This document shows positions 1 to 7,930 of a stretch of DNA of 64,000 bases, in pieces. Every line of letters starts with the position of its first letter. The stretch's first letter is position 1. The notes beneath the pieces are model-generated. The model made no database searches. It had not been told where the DNA came from and worked only from the letters and a program-made list of their open reading frames with translations. The DNA is from a virus (Duplodnaviria > Heunggongvirae > Uroviricota > Caudoviricetes): positions 29,489 to 93,488 of IMG/VR virus record IMGVR_UViG_3300028914_000001; one strand, given 5' to 3'. The position numbers were made by a program, and so were the translations under genes.

Positions 1-138
1 GCTTCTCTCGCAAAGGAACCTGCCAAGGAAGACATCTACAACTCCAAGTGCAAGTTCTCTTGCCCCGAGCCTGATGATGATGATGAACCCACAGAAGATT
101 GGCCCGAGGAACTCGAAGGCCGTGAACTCGATATGTAA
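1..138 (+). CDS. 3' end of an upstream CDS (partial), hypothetical protein
   Basis: Open frame from the window edge ending at TAA 136-138; acidic C-terminus. Confidence 0.35.
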   Translation, partial: ASLAKEPAKEDIYNSKCKFSCPEPDDDDEPTEDWPEELEGRELDM

Positions 139-152
139 AGGGGACCCAAACC

Positions 153-614
153 ATGTGCAAAAAAATTTCTATTTTTCTCAAAGAGTGGAACGAAGCCAAG
201 GGAAACGATGATGCCCGTAGGAAGATTGCCGAAGACCTGTGGTTTGATTGGTTCTGCTCCACCAAGTCCCTCTACGGCAAGACCAAGAAAATCATCAAGC
301 CGCTCAAGACCATTCTCGCCAAGTGCAAAGATACCGAGCGCCTCGAAGTGAGCATGAAGAATAACTGCCCATGCTCGGGTCCCCTCTACGATTGCATGCG
401 CATCTACAAGGATGACGAGTTCGCTGGCTGTCTCTGCATCAACCCCGGAGAGGATGAACCCTACGAGATTATGGATGCTGACGGCAAGTCCACTTTCTTC
501 GAGGATAAGGGCAAAGCGACCGATTTCCTTGTCGAAGTAATCAACTCCGTCAAAACCCCCGAAGAGGAAGTCAATCGCCTCTGTGAAATCGAAAAGGCAA
601 ACGGAGACATTTAA
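153..614 (+). CDS. hypothetical protein, Cys-rich (153 aa)
   Basis: ATG with AAAGGGGA RBS; antisense ORF 36-659 judged spurious. Confidence 0.55.
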   Translation: MCKKISIFLKEWNEAKGNDDARRKIAEDLWFDWFCSTKSLYGKTKKIIKPLKTILAKCKDTERLEVSMKNNCPCSGPLYDCMRIYKDDEFAGCLCINPGEDEPYEIMDADGKSTFFEDKGKATDFLVEVINSVKTPEEEVNRLCEIEKANGDI

Positions 615-626
615 CTGAATCAACTT

Positions 627-696
627 GGGGGAGGGGCGGATTAACGAAACACTTCCCAAACATCCAACACTTTCCGACCCCTCCCCTCTTTTTCAA
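627..696 (+). terminator. possible intrinsic terminator or attenuator hairpin with a large loop
   Basis: GGGGGAGGGGCGG pairs with CCGACCCCTCCCC, then TCTTTTTC. Confidence 0.35.
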
Positions 697-708
697 TAGG
701 TTATCAAC

Positions 709-1047
709 ATGATTGCAAACAAGGCAAAAACAGGGATTGAACCCATTGATTACAACCGAGTCTGCGAACAGGTGGCTTCAGACCTCGTGTCCAAATTCCC
801 CGATAAGGTCAAAAGCGTGGCCAAGCCGAAACACAAGGTCAACCACGCTGTCCTGACCATAACTGCCAAAATCAAAAGGCTCGGTCCCAAAAACCAATAC
901 CTGGATGCAGGAACCATCAACACGATGGTAGACTACATCACCGCTAACCTCAAAGCGAATCAACTTATACCCAACAACTTCCAATCAACTAAGTCAATCG
1001 TACAACACCAATTCACTTCAATCATAACCATCAACCTCAAAGCATAG
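709..1047 (+). CDS. hypothetical protein
   Basis: 112-aa ORF with ATG start on the plus-strand coding block. Confidence 0.5.
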   Translation: MIANKAKTGIEPIDYNRVCEQVASDLVSKFPDKVKSVAKPKHKVNHAVLTITAKIKRLGPKNQYLDAGTINTMVDYITANLKANQLIPNNFQSTKSIVQHQFTSIITINLKA

Positions 1048-1059
1048 GAGACCACAACA

Positions 1060-1266
1060 ATGTTCAGAGTATCTGACCTTACCGAACTCTTTATCGAAAC
1101 CAGTATCCAAACCGTCGCCATTTATGACTGCGGCAAAGAAAAGGAAGTCTTCCGTGGAACAATCGACGACATTCCCGAAGACATGCAGGGACTCGAAGTT
1201 ATGTCCATAGACAACCTCGAAAAGAACAGCGATGTCTTCACCATCAATGTCGATAGCGTAAACTAA
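1060..1266 (+). CDS. hypothetical protein
   Basis: AGGAGA RBS 8 nt upstream of the ATG. Confidence 0.55.
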   Translation: MFRVSDLTELFIETSIQTVAIYDCGKEKEVFRGTIDDIPEDMQGLEVMSIDNLEKNSDVFTINVDSVN

Positions 1267-1290
1267 CCTAATCCATTTGGAGGTAAACCT

Positions 1291-1830
1291 ATGGGATGCC
1301 TTGTAAACCTTGCCAAAATCATCCTCGGCCTAATCCTTATCGTGATTATGCTTTTCACAGCCTATAAGCTAGTACACGAGCCGTATAGACCCGAGGACTT
1401 CCAACAGACTTATACACAGGAGTACCAGACCCAAGAGTCCAAAACAGACATCATCTACGAGGTTCCCATACAATCGGGTGAAACCCACGATTACATTATG
1501 GAGAACACTTTTCAAAAGCCAGGGGTCGTTATGGAGCTTACCCCAAAGCTCGAAATCGGCCTCGTGTATGTAATCAAGGTGTTCAAGTCCGTCTTCGGCA
1601 AAGACTTCACGCCCACCATCATATCAGCGCATGACTCGTTCAATAGGCACGACCAATGGTCTCCCCATCGCACGGGCAGAGCTGTCGATATCAGACTCGA
1701 TGACCTGCCCCTCAAACAGAAAAGGAAAGTGGTCCGAATCTTGCAGAACACCATCCCCGACCACTACAAAGTCCGATGGGAAAACCAGTTCCTCTCCAAC
1801 GAATACCTCCACTTCGAATCGAAAAAGTAA
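1291..1830 (+). CDS. LAS/M15-family zinc peptidase (cell-wall peptidase) with an N-terminal transmembrane anchor; candidate SAR-type endolysin
   Basis: GGAGGT RBS; N-terminal hydrophobic helix; SPHRTGRAVDI matches SxHxxGxAxD and a C-terminal HFE supplies the third zinc ligand. Confidence 0.6.
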   Translation: MGCLVNLAKIILGLILIVIMLFTAYKLVHEPYRPEDFQQTYTQEYQTQESKTDIIYEVPIQSGETHDYIMENTFQKPGVVMELTPKLEIGLVYVIKVFKSVFGKDFTPTIISAHDSFNRHDQWSPHRTGRAVDIRLDDLPLKQKRKVVRILQNTIPDHYKVRWENQFLSNEYLHFESKK

Positions 1831-1839
1831 TCCACCAGC

Positions 1840-1872
1840 GCCCGACCAACACTCGGGCTTAACTTGTTTCAG
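1840..1872 (+). terminator. rho-independent terminator
   Basis: GCCCGA/TCGGGC stem followed by a T-rich tail after the stop at 1830. Confidence 0.5.
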
Positions 1873-1880
1873 TCAAATAA

Positions 1881-1908
1881 GTTCAACTTAGGTTATCACC
1901 CCTGGCCT
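1881..1908. repeat. 28-bp exact direct repeat, copy 1 (GTTCAACTTAGGTTATCACCCCTGGCCT)
   Basis: Identical to 3456-3483; both copies lie just after terminators. Confidence 0.8.
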
Positions 1909-1962
1909 TCTTCCCGGCTCGCAACCACCCTGCTCTGTAAACATTTCTTTACACAATCCCCG

Positions 1963-1991
1963 TTGCCATCCCCTATTTAATTAACTATATT
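1963..1991 (+). promoter_or_regulatory. sigma70-type promoter
   Basis: TTGCCA-N17-TATATT with TTAATTA in the spacer. Confidence 0.55.
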
Positions 1992-2059
1992 ATACTTAGC
2001 GAAACCAGGGCTTGACCCATAGCCCAAATCAACGGTTTGATACCGAAGGAGAATCCATC

Positions 2060-2404
2060 ATGAACAGAACTACTTCCCTCATCGTGGCTAAACTCGACGA
2101 TGCCGCCAACGAGATGGCAACCACGGGTTCATCCACCTACCTTGAACAGCTGGTCAAGAAGGCCGAGTACATCAAGACCTCCGACATAGGCCGCAGACGC
2201 CGCATAGTCCTCCCGCCGGAGACACCCAACGGTGAACGCATCGTCATCGACACGGGCATCCGTACCGTCGCCTTCCTCACTGGCAAGGGCATGAATGCCA
2301 CCATCAGGTTCTCGACCTCCGCCTTCCTCCCTATCAAGACGGCAGAGGCCATCAACCACTACCTCATCGACTTCATCGAGAAGGTGGCCGCCAAACTGAA
2401 ATAA
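2060..2404 (+). CDS. hypothetical protein (114 aa)
   Basis: Track ORF begins at a TTG at 2012; the ATG at 2060 has a GAAGGAGA RBS. Confidence 0.55.
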   Translation: MNRTTSLIVAKLDDAANEMATTGSSTYLEQLVKKAEYIKTSDIGRRRRIVLPPETPNGERIVIDTGIRTVAFLTGKGMNATIRFSTSAFLPIKTAEAINHYLIDFIEKVAAKLK

Positions 2405-2460
2405 ATTTTTATTTTTAATTTTTTTATTTTTTGTTTTTCTCAAAAAATTTTCCGTTTTTT

Positions 2461-2489
2461 CTCCGCACCTCTATTTAATTATGTATATT
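2461..2489 (+). promoter_or_regulatory. putative promoter with an upstream A/T-rich UP-like tract
   Basis: TTTAATTATGTATATT -10 block; weak -35; 60-bp A/T run at 2400-2460. Confidence 0.35.
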
Positions 2490-2509
2490 TACATAAGGAG
2501 GACATAACA

Positions 2510-3385
2510 ATGTTCACTCAACAGCCGAAAGCAAAACCCGAAGCACTCACAAAGAAAATGCTCCTCGATGACAGGGCAGATTCCTTGGATTATATCAGGG
2601 AGAAACTTACCCTGAACGATTTGCGTACCGCCACGCAGAACTTGCAGGCGGTCTGTAACATCGTTCACCAAATCCTGTCAGCCCCGGCCCCGAACATTGT
2701 TGATGCCTACAAGATTGCAAACTTCGTCTCTACGGGATTCCACGACAACCTGGACATATTCCAGGAAATCAAACGTGACTCCATCGAATACCATAAAGGC
2801 CATATCTCTATCCCTAGACTTGTCAACCTCGACGATGCATACTCCTCCGAAAAAATCAGGGGTAACAAGTCGGAGTATCTAGTCAAGGCTATAGCCAATA
2901 TGCTCGAAATACTAGACCTGACAGCCCATATCCTGTCTAGGGCTAACATCACGTACTCCAACCATGTCCTGCTCGCCAAATCCATTCTAGAGAAGGCTCT
3001 CTACACATTTGGCCGTGATATCGTAGCATCGACCGATATGAACGACATCTGGCACAATCTCGTGCTGCCGAATAAGGATGCCATTACGGGACCCTCGGAT
3101 GCCTCTATAACCATGGGGGAAACCAAGTTCCATAACGGCCATACAATCTGCTTTACCCACGATGCCGTCCTAGCCGATGATACTGACCCCGCCGCCAAGA
3201 GAAGACTCAGGTACAACGGGATGCCCTTCTGCGCCCTGTTCTTCATCCCTATCAACGCATGGCTGTACATCGAACAGTCAGGCTTCTTCTCTGTCAAACC
3301 CACCAACCCTGCTGATAAACCCTCCTACGGCAAACTCGATAACAAAGACTTCGCTATGTCCCTCTACCGAGAACTCGTAGGATAA
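2510..3385 (+). CDS. hypothetical protein (291 aa)
   Basis: AAGGAGGA RBS; long ORF. Confidence 0.65.
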   Translation: MFTQQPKAKPEALTKKMLLDDRADSLDYIREKLTLNDLRTATQNLQAVCNIVHQILSAPAPNIVDAYKIANFVSTGFHDNLDIFQEIKRDSIEYHKGHISIPRLVNLDDAYSSEKIRGNKSEYLVKAIANMLEILDLTAHILSRANITYSNHVLLAKSILEKALYTFGRDIVASTDMNDIWHNLVLPNKDAITGPSDASITMGETKFHNGHTICFTHDAVLADDTDPAAKRRLRYNGMPFCALFFIPINAWLYIEQSGFFSVKPTNPADKPSYGKLDNKDFAMSLYRELVG

Positions 3386-3409
3386 CATCATCGGAATCAT
3401 GACCTTACC

Positions 3410-3443
3410 AAAGGGGGCGCCTCTGGCGCTCCCTTTCTTGTCG
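3410..3443 (+). terminator. rho-independent terminator
   Basis: AAGGGGGCGCC/GGCGCTCCCTT hairpin followed by TTCTTGT. Confidence 0.55.
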
Positions 3444-3455
3444 TATCACCCATCT

Positions 3456-3483
3456 GTTCAACTTAGGTTATCACCCCTGGCCT
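3456..3483. repeat. 28-bp exact direct repeat, copy 2
   Basis: Identical to 1881-1908; the flanking about 20 bp are also similar. Confidence 0.8.
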
Positions 3484-3521
3484 GAACCCCCGCCGCAAAC
3501 CATACCACCCCCTCCAACCAA

Positions 3522-3586
3522 TCTATCAACACCTGTTGATATCTTGTTGATATCTTAGGCGCCCGTTATCAACACCTTATCAACAT
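3522..3586. repeat. cluster of DnaA-box-like TTATCAACA/TGTTGATA sites including the palindrome TATCAACACCTGTTGATA
   Basis: At least five copies within 65 bp, each an 8/9 match to the TTATCCACA DnaA box. Confidence 0.55.
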
Positions 3587-3720
3587 CGTTTCAACATGGG
3601 TTTCATCAAGGGTTTCAACAGGGGTTTCAACACCGTTTCAACTTCGTTTCAACCTGGCTCCAATCATACGGGTTTCATCTATGGGTTCAATCAGCCCGTT
3701 CCAATCACCAGTTCAAAACC
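3587..3720. repeat. iteron array of about 11 direct repeats of (G)GTTTCAAC at roughly 11-bp spacing
   Basis: Motif repeats with helical periodicity in a non-coding region. Confidence 0.6.
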
Positions 3721-3754
3721 CACGTCGCAAACCGTAGACGAGTGGTTAACATCC

Positions 3755-3847
3755 TGTTGATAACCCGATGAAATCCCGGTGTGTGAACCCGCTGTTGAAA
3801 GGGTGGTTGAAACCCCGTCGAAACCCTGTAGAAAACCTGTTGATAAC
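3755..3847. repeat. inverted iteron array (GTTGAAAC/GTTGATAAC), reverse complement of the 3587-3720 units
   Basis: Six copies facing the direct array. Confidence 0.55.
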
Positions 3848-3919
3848 TTGTGGAGATGAACGAGGGTTAGGTCAAACCCCATCTGTTTCAACCCCGGTTT
3901 CAAATATAGTTAATTAAAA

Positions 3920-4160
3920 CGGTTCCTAAAACTTCCATTTTCTGACAGCCTCGGGCCGCCGTTACGTCCTAAAAACGTGTCGTACCGGGTAAGAACCTAT
4001 GGCGAAATTGGCGATTTTAAGCCAATTTTAAAGCACGGGTTTGAAACGGCGGTCGAAAAAATTTTTGATTTTCTCAGGGTGTCAAAATATTTTTTAATTT
4101 TTCGTGAAAGCTTGGGGGGCAGCGGAGCTGCCCCCAGGGGCGGAAAATAATTTTTAATTT
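3920..4160 (+). ncRNA. candidate small non-coding transcript between a -10-like element and a GC hairpin
   Basis: TATAGT+TTAATTA at 3905-3918; no ORF longer than 10 aa; hairpin at 4114-4135; AAATTGGC/GCCAATTT inverted repeat at 4005-4028. Confidence 0.25.
4114..4160 (+). terminator. GC-rich hairpin GGGGGCAGC-GGA-GCTGCCCCC with a distal T-tract; weak terminator
   Basis: Stem of 9 bp; the U-tract is not adjacent to the stem. Confidence 0.3.
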
Positions 4161-4174
4161 TCTGTATTGTCCTA

Positions 4175-4203
4175 TTGACAGGCGGGGGGATATTTGTTAT
4201 ATT
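4175..4203 (+). promoter_or_regulatory. sigma70-type promoter
   Basis: TTGACA-N17-TATATT, then TTAATTA and an AGGAAGG RBS. Confidence 0.6.
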
Positions 4204-4235
4204 GGCAATACAGTTAATTAAAAGGAAGGTTTCCA

Positions 4236-4463
4236 ATGGTAGATTTGAGACAGAGTGTAATCGACAGCCTGAATGTCCTGGGGGTTAAATTCGACGAGTC
4301 CAAGATAACGGTTTCAAGCACGGGGAAGATAGTGAGTCTTCCCGATACCCATATCAAGCTGATACGTCAGGAGGACCACTGGGGGATGTTTGACTGTAAG
4401 GCGGGTTCCTATGTAGGGGGTGGCGACGGCATTGACGAATGTTTGGAGGCGTTGTATGGTTAA
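4236..4463 (+). CDS. hypothetical protein (75 aa)
   Basis: AGGAAGG RBS; the stop overlaps the next start (ATGGTTAA). Confidence 0.5.
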   Translation: MVDLRQSVIDSLNVLGVKFDESKITVSSTGKIVSLPDTHIKLIRQEDHWGMFDCKAGSYVGGGDGIDECLEALYG

Positions 4464-4818
4464 GCCAACTGATAAAGAGATTAGTTCTTTTCGCAAGTAT
4501 TTGAAGAAGCAGGGGTTTATCGAGGACGGTTTATGCAAGGGAGTTTTCTACCTGTATATGAAGTACGGTTACCTCTGTGTTTCGATAGAGTATACCAAGA
4601 AGGGTGAGTTCAAGGAGGTGAGGGGTTTTCTTTCCCTCGGGTGGGAGAACAGCAAGTGCAGCCGTTTTTACATTCCTAACTACTATGAGTTGGGGAAGGG
4701 GATGAAGAAGGTGGAGTGTTCCTATGTGGACAGGGCGATAAGGTGCAGCAACATGGTCATGAACCAGATTGGGGAGTTACTGGATAACATTCCCAAGGCA
4801 GTCGGGATGATGGGTTGA
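4456..4818 (+). CDS. hypothetical protein (120 aa)
   Basis: GGAGG RBS; the ATG is inside the track ORF 4420-4818. Confidence 0.55.
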   Translation: MVKPTDKEISSFRKYLKKQGFIEDGLCKGVFYLYMKYGYLCVSIEYTKKGEFKEVRGFLSLGWENSKCSRFYIPNYYELGKGMKKVECSYVDRAIRCSNMVMNQIGELLDNIPKAVGMMG

Positions 4819-4827
4819 TGAATGAAG

Positions 4828-4860
4828 AATCCCCTGAGAGTGAGTCTCGGGGGATTTTCT
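4828..4860. terminator. bidirectional rho-independent terminator between convergent genes
   Basis: AATCCCCTGAGA/TCTCGGGGGATT hairpin flanked by T-runs on both strands. Confidence 0.6.
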
Positions 4861-5075
4861 TATAGGGGTTTGGTGCCGCCTTCTTCTATGATGCATACAT
4901 CGACAAGGATAAACACCAATGAGAGGAATGCCGATACTGCACAGATGGTAGCCGGGAGTCCTGCCGAATCCTTCTGGTCAGTCATCATGAGATAGAGGCA
5001 GATGAGGAATGTACCCCAGTCTGTTATCATGAGAATCCAGGCTATTGTATTTACGACGAGTTTTTTCATGGTCAT
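4860..5075 (-). CDS. small membrane protein (71 aa, 2 TM)
   Basis: ATGA overlap with the upstream stop; two hydrophobic helices. Confidence 0.45.
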   Translation of the reverse strand: MTMKKLVVNTIAWILMITDWGTFLICLYLMMTDQKDSAGLPATICAVSAFLSLVFILVDVCIIEEGGTKPL

Positions 5076-5692
5076 GCGAAGAAGTAGTTTCCCTTGTGTT
5101 GTGTAAGGTAATCCAGTTGGGCCTGGGACTGGTCCATATACCTGCGGTTTAGATAGAGCCATTCGTAAGCCTTGTAGGAGAGCATCCAGTCGAGGTTGTC
5201 AATCTCTTCGATTGAATCCCATCTTACATGGAGGGCATCGACATTGAATACATCCGTGATGACATAGCGGAGTTTGCTTTCGAAGTGTGCGGAGATGTAT
5301 GTGCCCTGATGTTTGAACTGGAATCCGTTTTCGCCCCATCCGTCGCAGAACTGTTCGTCGATGTTGTCGACAATCTTCTTGAGGGCATCCTTGAAGGGTT
5401 CCGGGGAGGAGTCTCGGAGGATATCGTTCTTGAAGTAGTAGCCGACGCAGAGGAGGATTCCTTCCGTGGGGGAGTAGGCGAGGTAGTGCTGGGCTGGCTT
5501 GACGCCTTCCGGGAGGTCTTCCGTCTTATGGGGGAAGTGGTTGCCCATGTATGTCATCGAGAACGCCCAGAGCAGTTCGGGGAAGTAATCCCGTTGGAGC
5601 AGGTAGGGGTCATAATCGCAGTCGTCATCCTTGCGGGATGATGTCTTGACCTTGAAGTAGAGCTTTACGAGGGAATAATCTAGTTCGTTCAT
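5072..5692 (-). CDS. hypothetical protein, DGWGENGF-motif family (paralog of 12414-13130)
   Basis: Shares DGWGENGF and the flanking about 70 aa with the other paralog. Confidence 0.6.
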   Translation of the reverse strand: MNELDYSLVKLYFKVKTSSRKDDDCDYDPYLLQRDYFPELLWAFSMTYMGNHFPHKTEDLPEGVKPAQHYLAYSPTEGILLCVGYYFKNDILRDSSPEPFKDALKKIVDNIDEQFCDGWGENGFQFKHQGTYISAHFESKLRYVITDVFNVDALHVRWDSIEEIDNLDWMLSYKAYEWLYLNRRYMDQSQAQLDYLTQHKGNYFFA

Positions 5693-5716
5693 AGGGATTA
5701 TTTTTTGATTTTTTGG

Positions 5717-6382
5717 TTACTTGATGGTTTCGGAGGTGATGACGGCGATGTTCTTTTCCCTGGCAATGTTTTGGAGACCGAGGAGGGATTCCTTTTTTAT
5801 CATGTAGGGGGAGATGGTGGCTTCCAGGGCGTCAATGACGAGGACATCTATGTGGGGATGTTCCTTGGCTTCTTCGACGAGCTTGATTGCGTTTCTTATC
5901 TCGGCGGTCATGCACATGTTTGTCCATCCGTTCCTGAGATAGATTGGTTTCTTGTCCAGGGGGAAGTCTGCCATGTTCTTCAGGCGTTCGTACAGGGTTT
6001 CCACCTTGGTCTTGGAGGAGATGAAGAATACCTTGCTGTCGGACTTGGCTGCATCGAGGGCAATCTTGCAGAGGGATTCCAGGATATTTTGGAAGGATGT
6101 ATCGGTAATGATGTGTATCTGGCCTCTTTGGAGGGAGAGGGAATCCAAGTATTCGTTTTGGAGGATGGAGCCTTCCGGGAGCTTTGCACAGTACTTGTAG
6201 TTGGATTCCTTGGTGATTACCGGGTAATCCCTATTTGGGATGTAGGCTAGGACATTTGCTATGTCAAAGGCATCTTCAGAATCGCCTACGGCCATCTGTT
6301 CTCCCTTTTCGGGGAAGACGACTGGTTCCTTTGGATTGAATACAGGGAGGGCCTTGTTTTTGTAGCTTAGGGTTTTAATCAT
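5717..6382 (-). CDS. hypothetical protein (221 aa)
   Basis: ATG start with an AAAAGGAATTAAA RBS context. Confidence 0.55.
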   Translation of the reverse strand: MIKTLSYKNKALPVFNPKEPVVFPEKGEQMAVGDSEDAFDIANVLAYIPNRDYPVITKESNYKYCAKLPEGSILQNEYLDSLSLQRGQIHIITDTSFQNILESLCKIALDAAKSDSKVFFISSKTKVETLYERLKNMADFPLDKKPIYLRNGWTNMCMTAEIRNAIKLVEEAKEHPHIDVLVIDALEATISPYMIKKESLLGLQNIAREKNIAVITSETIK

Positions 6383-6388
6383 GGTGAT

Positions 6389-6685
6389 TTAATTCCTTTT
6401 TGGTATGGTGTGTTGCACGCACTTGTATTGGATGTTCAGGTTTTTAGCCATCCAGTCCTTTGCCGGGTCGTTACGGACATATTTGTAATGTCGGTCCATG
6501 CCCTCGATAAGGACCAACGATTCCCCGCCGTCCTTCTTATAGAAATCGGTGATTTCCTTTCCGATGGCCTCGCATTCTTCCTTGGTGGAGAAGTCGATGG
6601 TTTCCGACGTGAGGCCGCCAGCACCGCCGCTACGGAATCCTCCGCCTGTCGAGAATGCAAATACAATGATAAGGGTCCAAATCAT
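6389..6685 (-). CDS. small secreted or membrane protein (98 aa)
   Basis: AGAGGT RBS; N-terminal hydrophobic segment MIWTLIIVFAFS. Confidence 0.45.
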   Translation of the reverse strand: MIWTLIIVFAFSTGGGFRSGGAGGLTSETIDFSTKEECEAIGKEITDFYKKDGGESLVLIEGMDRHYKYVRNDPAKDWMAKNLNIQYKCVQHTIPKRN

Positions 6686-6689
6686 GGGT

Positions 6690-6983
6690 TTACCTCTTGG
6701 TTGAAATAATTGCGTTGTAATGCTTTTCGAACGTGGACATGCAGCTGCCAATCTTGGTTTGGATGCCGTCTACGGACATGGGCACATCGGTGGGGTCCGC
6801 CTCGCCGTATTCGGGGTCGTCGATAGAGCATACCTTGTAGGTGTTCGGGAACAGGAAGCCCTCGCCGATTTCGACATTGAACACCATGAGCAGGTTGTGC
6901 TTTTCGAGGGTTTCTTTGAGTTCCTTGATTTTCTGGTTTACTTCAATCGCCGCTTCGGGAGAGATTACGATTGGTTTGGACAT
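6690..6983 (-). CDS. hypothetical protein (97 aa)
   Basis: AAAAGGAATTAAAcc RBS followed by ATG. Confidence 0.55.
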   Translation of the reverse strand: MSKPIVISPEAAIEVNQKIKELKETLEKHNLLMVFNVEIGEGFLFPNTYKVCSIDDPEYGEADPTDVPMSVDGIQTKIGSCMSTFEKHYNAIISTKR

Positions 6984-7005
6984 AGGTTTAATTCCTTTTG
7001 GTTGT

Positions 7006-7162
7006 TATTCCCCGTATTCTTTTTTGAATTTTTCCATTTCCTGTTCCCTGAGTTCTTCTGGGCATAGATTCTGGATACGGTATAGTTTCTTTTCCTTCTC
7101 GGACATGGTGCATTCCCATGAGCCGAGAAAGTCATATAAATCTGTTGTTTCCCAGTCTTCCA
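7006..7162 (-). CDS. small hypothetical protein (about 52 aa), not in the ORF track
   Basis: AGGTAATTAACC RBS 3 nt after the upstream stop; MEDWETTDLYDF. Confidence 0.35.
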
Positions 7163-7165
7163 TGG

Positions 7166-7678
7166 TTAATTACCTGCCAATTTAGCAAGCGCTTCAAGAT
7201 TTTCCTTGTCCGTCATGCTGATGTAGGATTTTTCAACAATCAGGTCGCCCCTGAGAGCTGTCATGGCAGCTTGCCAATGACCCCTGATAGCCAAGTCGTG
7301 GAACTTGTCGATATTCTCTTGTGCGGACATTAGTCGGAGCAGACATCCTGCATCGTCGTCATTGGTATATACCGTCTGGGCTGTTCCGTCTTCAAGCTGG
7401 AACTTAATCCTGTATTCGTACGGGATGTCCACCTCGATTGGGTCGTAACTGAGCGGGTCCTTCGGGTTAATCCTGCGGTGGACAGTTCCTTTCTGGATGA
7501 ATTTTCCCCTTTCGGTGGAGAGGATTTTAACGCTGTTCTGGCCGTGTTTAGCTTCCGAGACATTGAACGAGGGGAAGAACGGGTAGATTGGGGCGAGCTT
7601 GTAGGCGCACCAGATGCCCATGACAGGAACAGATGAAACTTGATATACTTCTTCCATGGTTATTTCACCTCGATGCAC
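7166..7678 (-). CDS. hypothetical protein (170 aa)
   Basis: Track ORF; the start appears to be a GTG. Confidence 0.5.
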   Translation of the reverse strand: MHRGEITMEEVYQVSSVPVMGIWCAYKLAPIYPFFPSFNVSEAKHGQNSVKILSTERGKFIQKGTVHRRINPKDPLSYDPIEVDIPYEYRIKFQLEDGTAQTVYTNDDDAGCLLRLMSAQENIDKFHDLAIRGHWQAAMTALRGDLIVEKSYISMTDKENLEALAKLAGN

Positions 7679-7917
7679 TGGTAGCCGTACTTTACCAAGT
7701 CGGTATATACGGTTGAATAGAGCTGGGTGGTATCCTTTCCGAACAGGGGTCTATCCGTCTGCCTGAAGAAGTACCTTGTCTCGGGGGCATTGACAACGAG
7801 TTCATATCCTGCGTTTTCGCAGTTCCTGAGGGAAGTGTAGCCTGGGATTGATGTGGAGGACAGGCCTCCTGCATTGCTTCCGTGGTAGAGTACTGTAAAT
7901 ACGATGAGTGTCCACAT
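7660..7917 (-). CDS. small secreted protein (85 aa, signal peptide)
   Basis: N-terminal hydrophobic segment; overlaps the next gene by 19 nt. Confidence 0.5.
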   Translation of the reverse strand: MWTLIVFTVLYHGSNAGGLSSTSIPGYTSLRNCENAGYELVVNAPETRYFFRQTDRPLFGKDTTQLYSTVYTDLVKYGYQCIEVK

Positions 7918-7930
7918 GGTGTTGCTTCCT

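Noticed and set aside
36-659. 207-aa minus-strand ORF antisense to 153-614
   Set aside because: It starts at a TTG, has no RBS, and exactly mirrors a plus-strand ORF that has a good RBS. This is a typical shadow ORF.
3587-3847. Iteron arrays as a CRISPR array
   Set aside because: The units are about 9 bp with about 2-bp variable spacers at helical periodicity, not 25-40-bp repeats separated by unique spacers, and no cas genes are present.
5717-6382. RecA/KaiC-like ATPase call for the 221-aa protein (HIDVLVIDALEATIS resembles a Walker B)
   Set aside because: No Walker A P-loop anywhere in the protein, so it is left as hypothetical.
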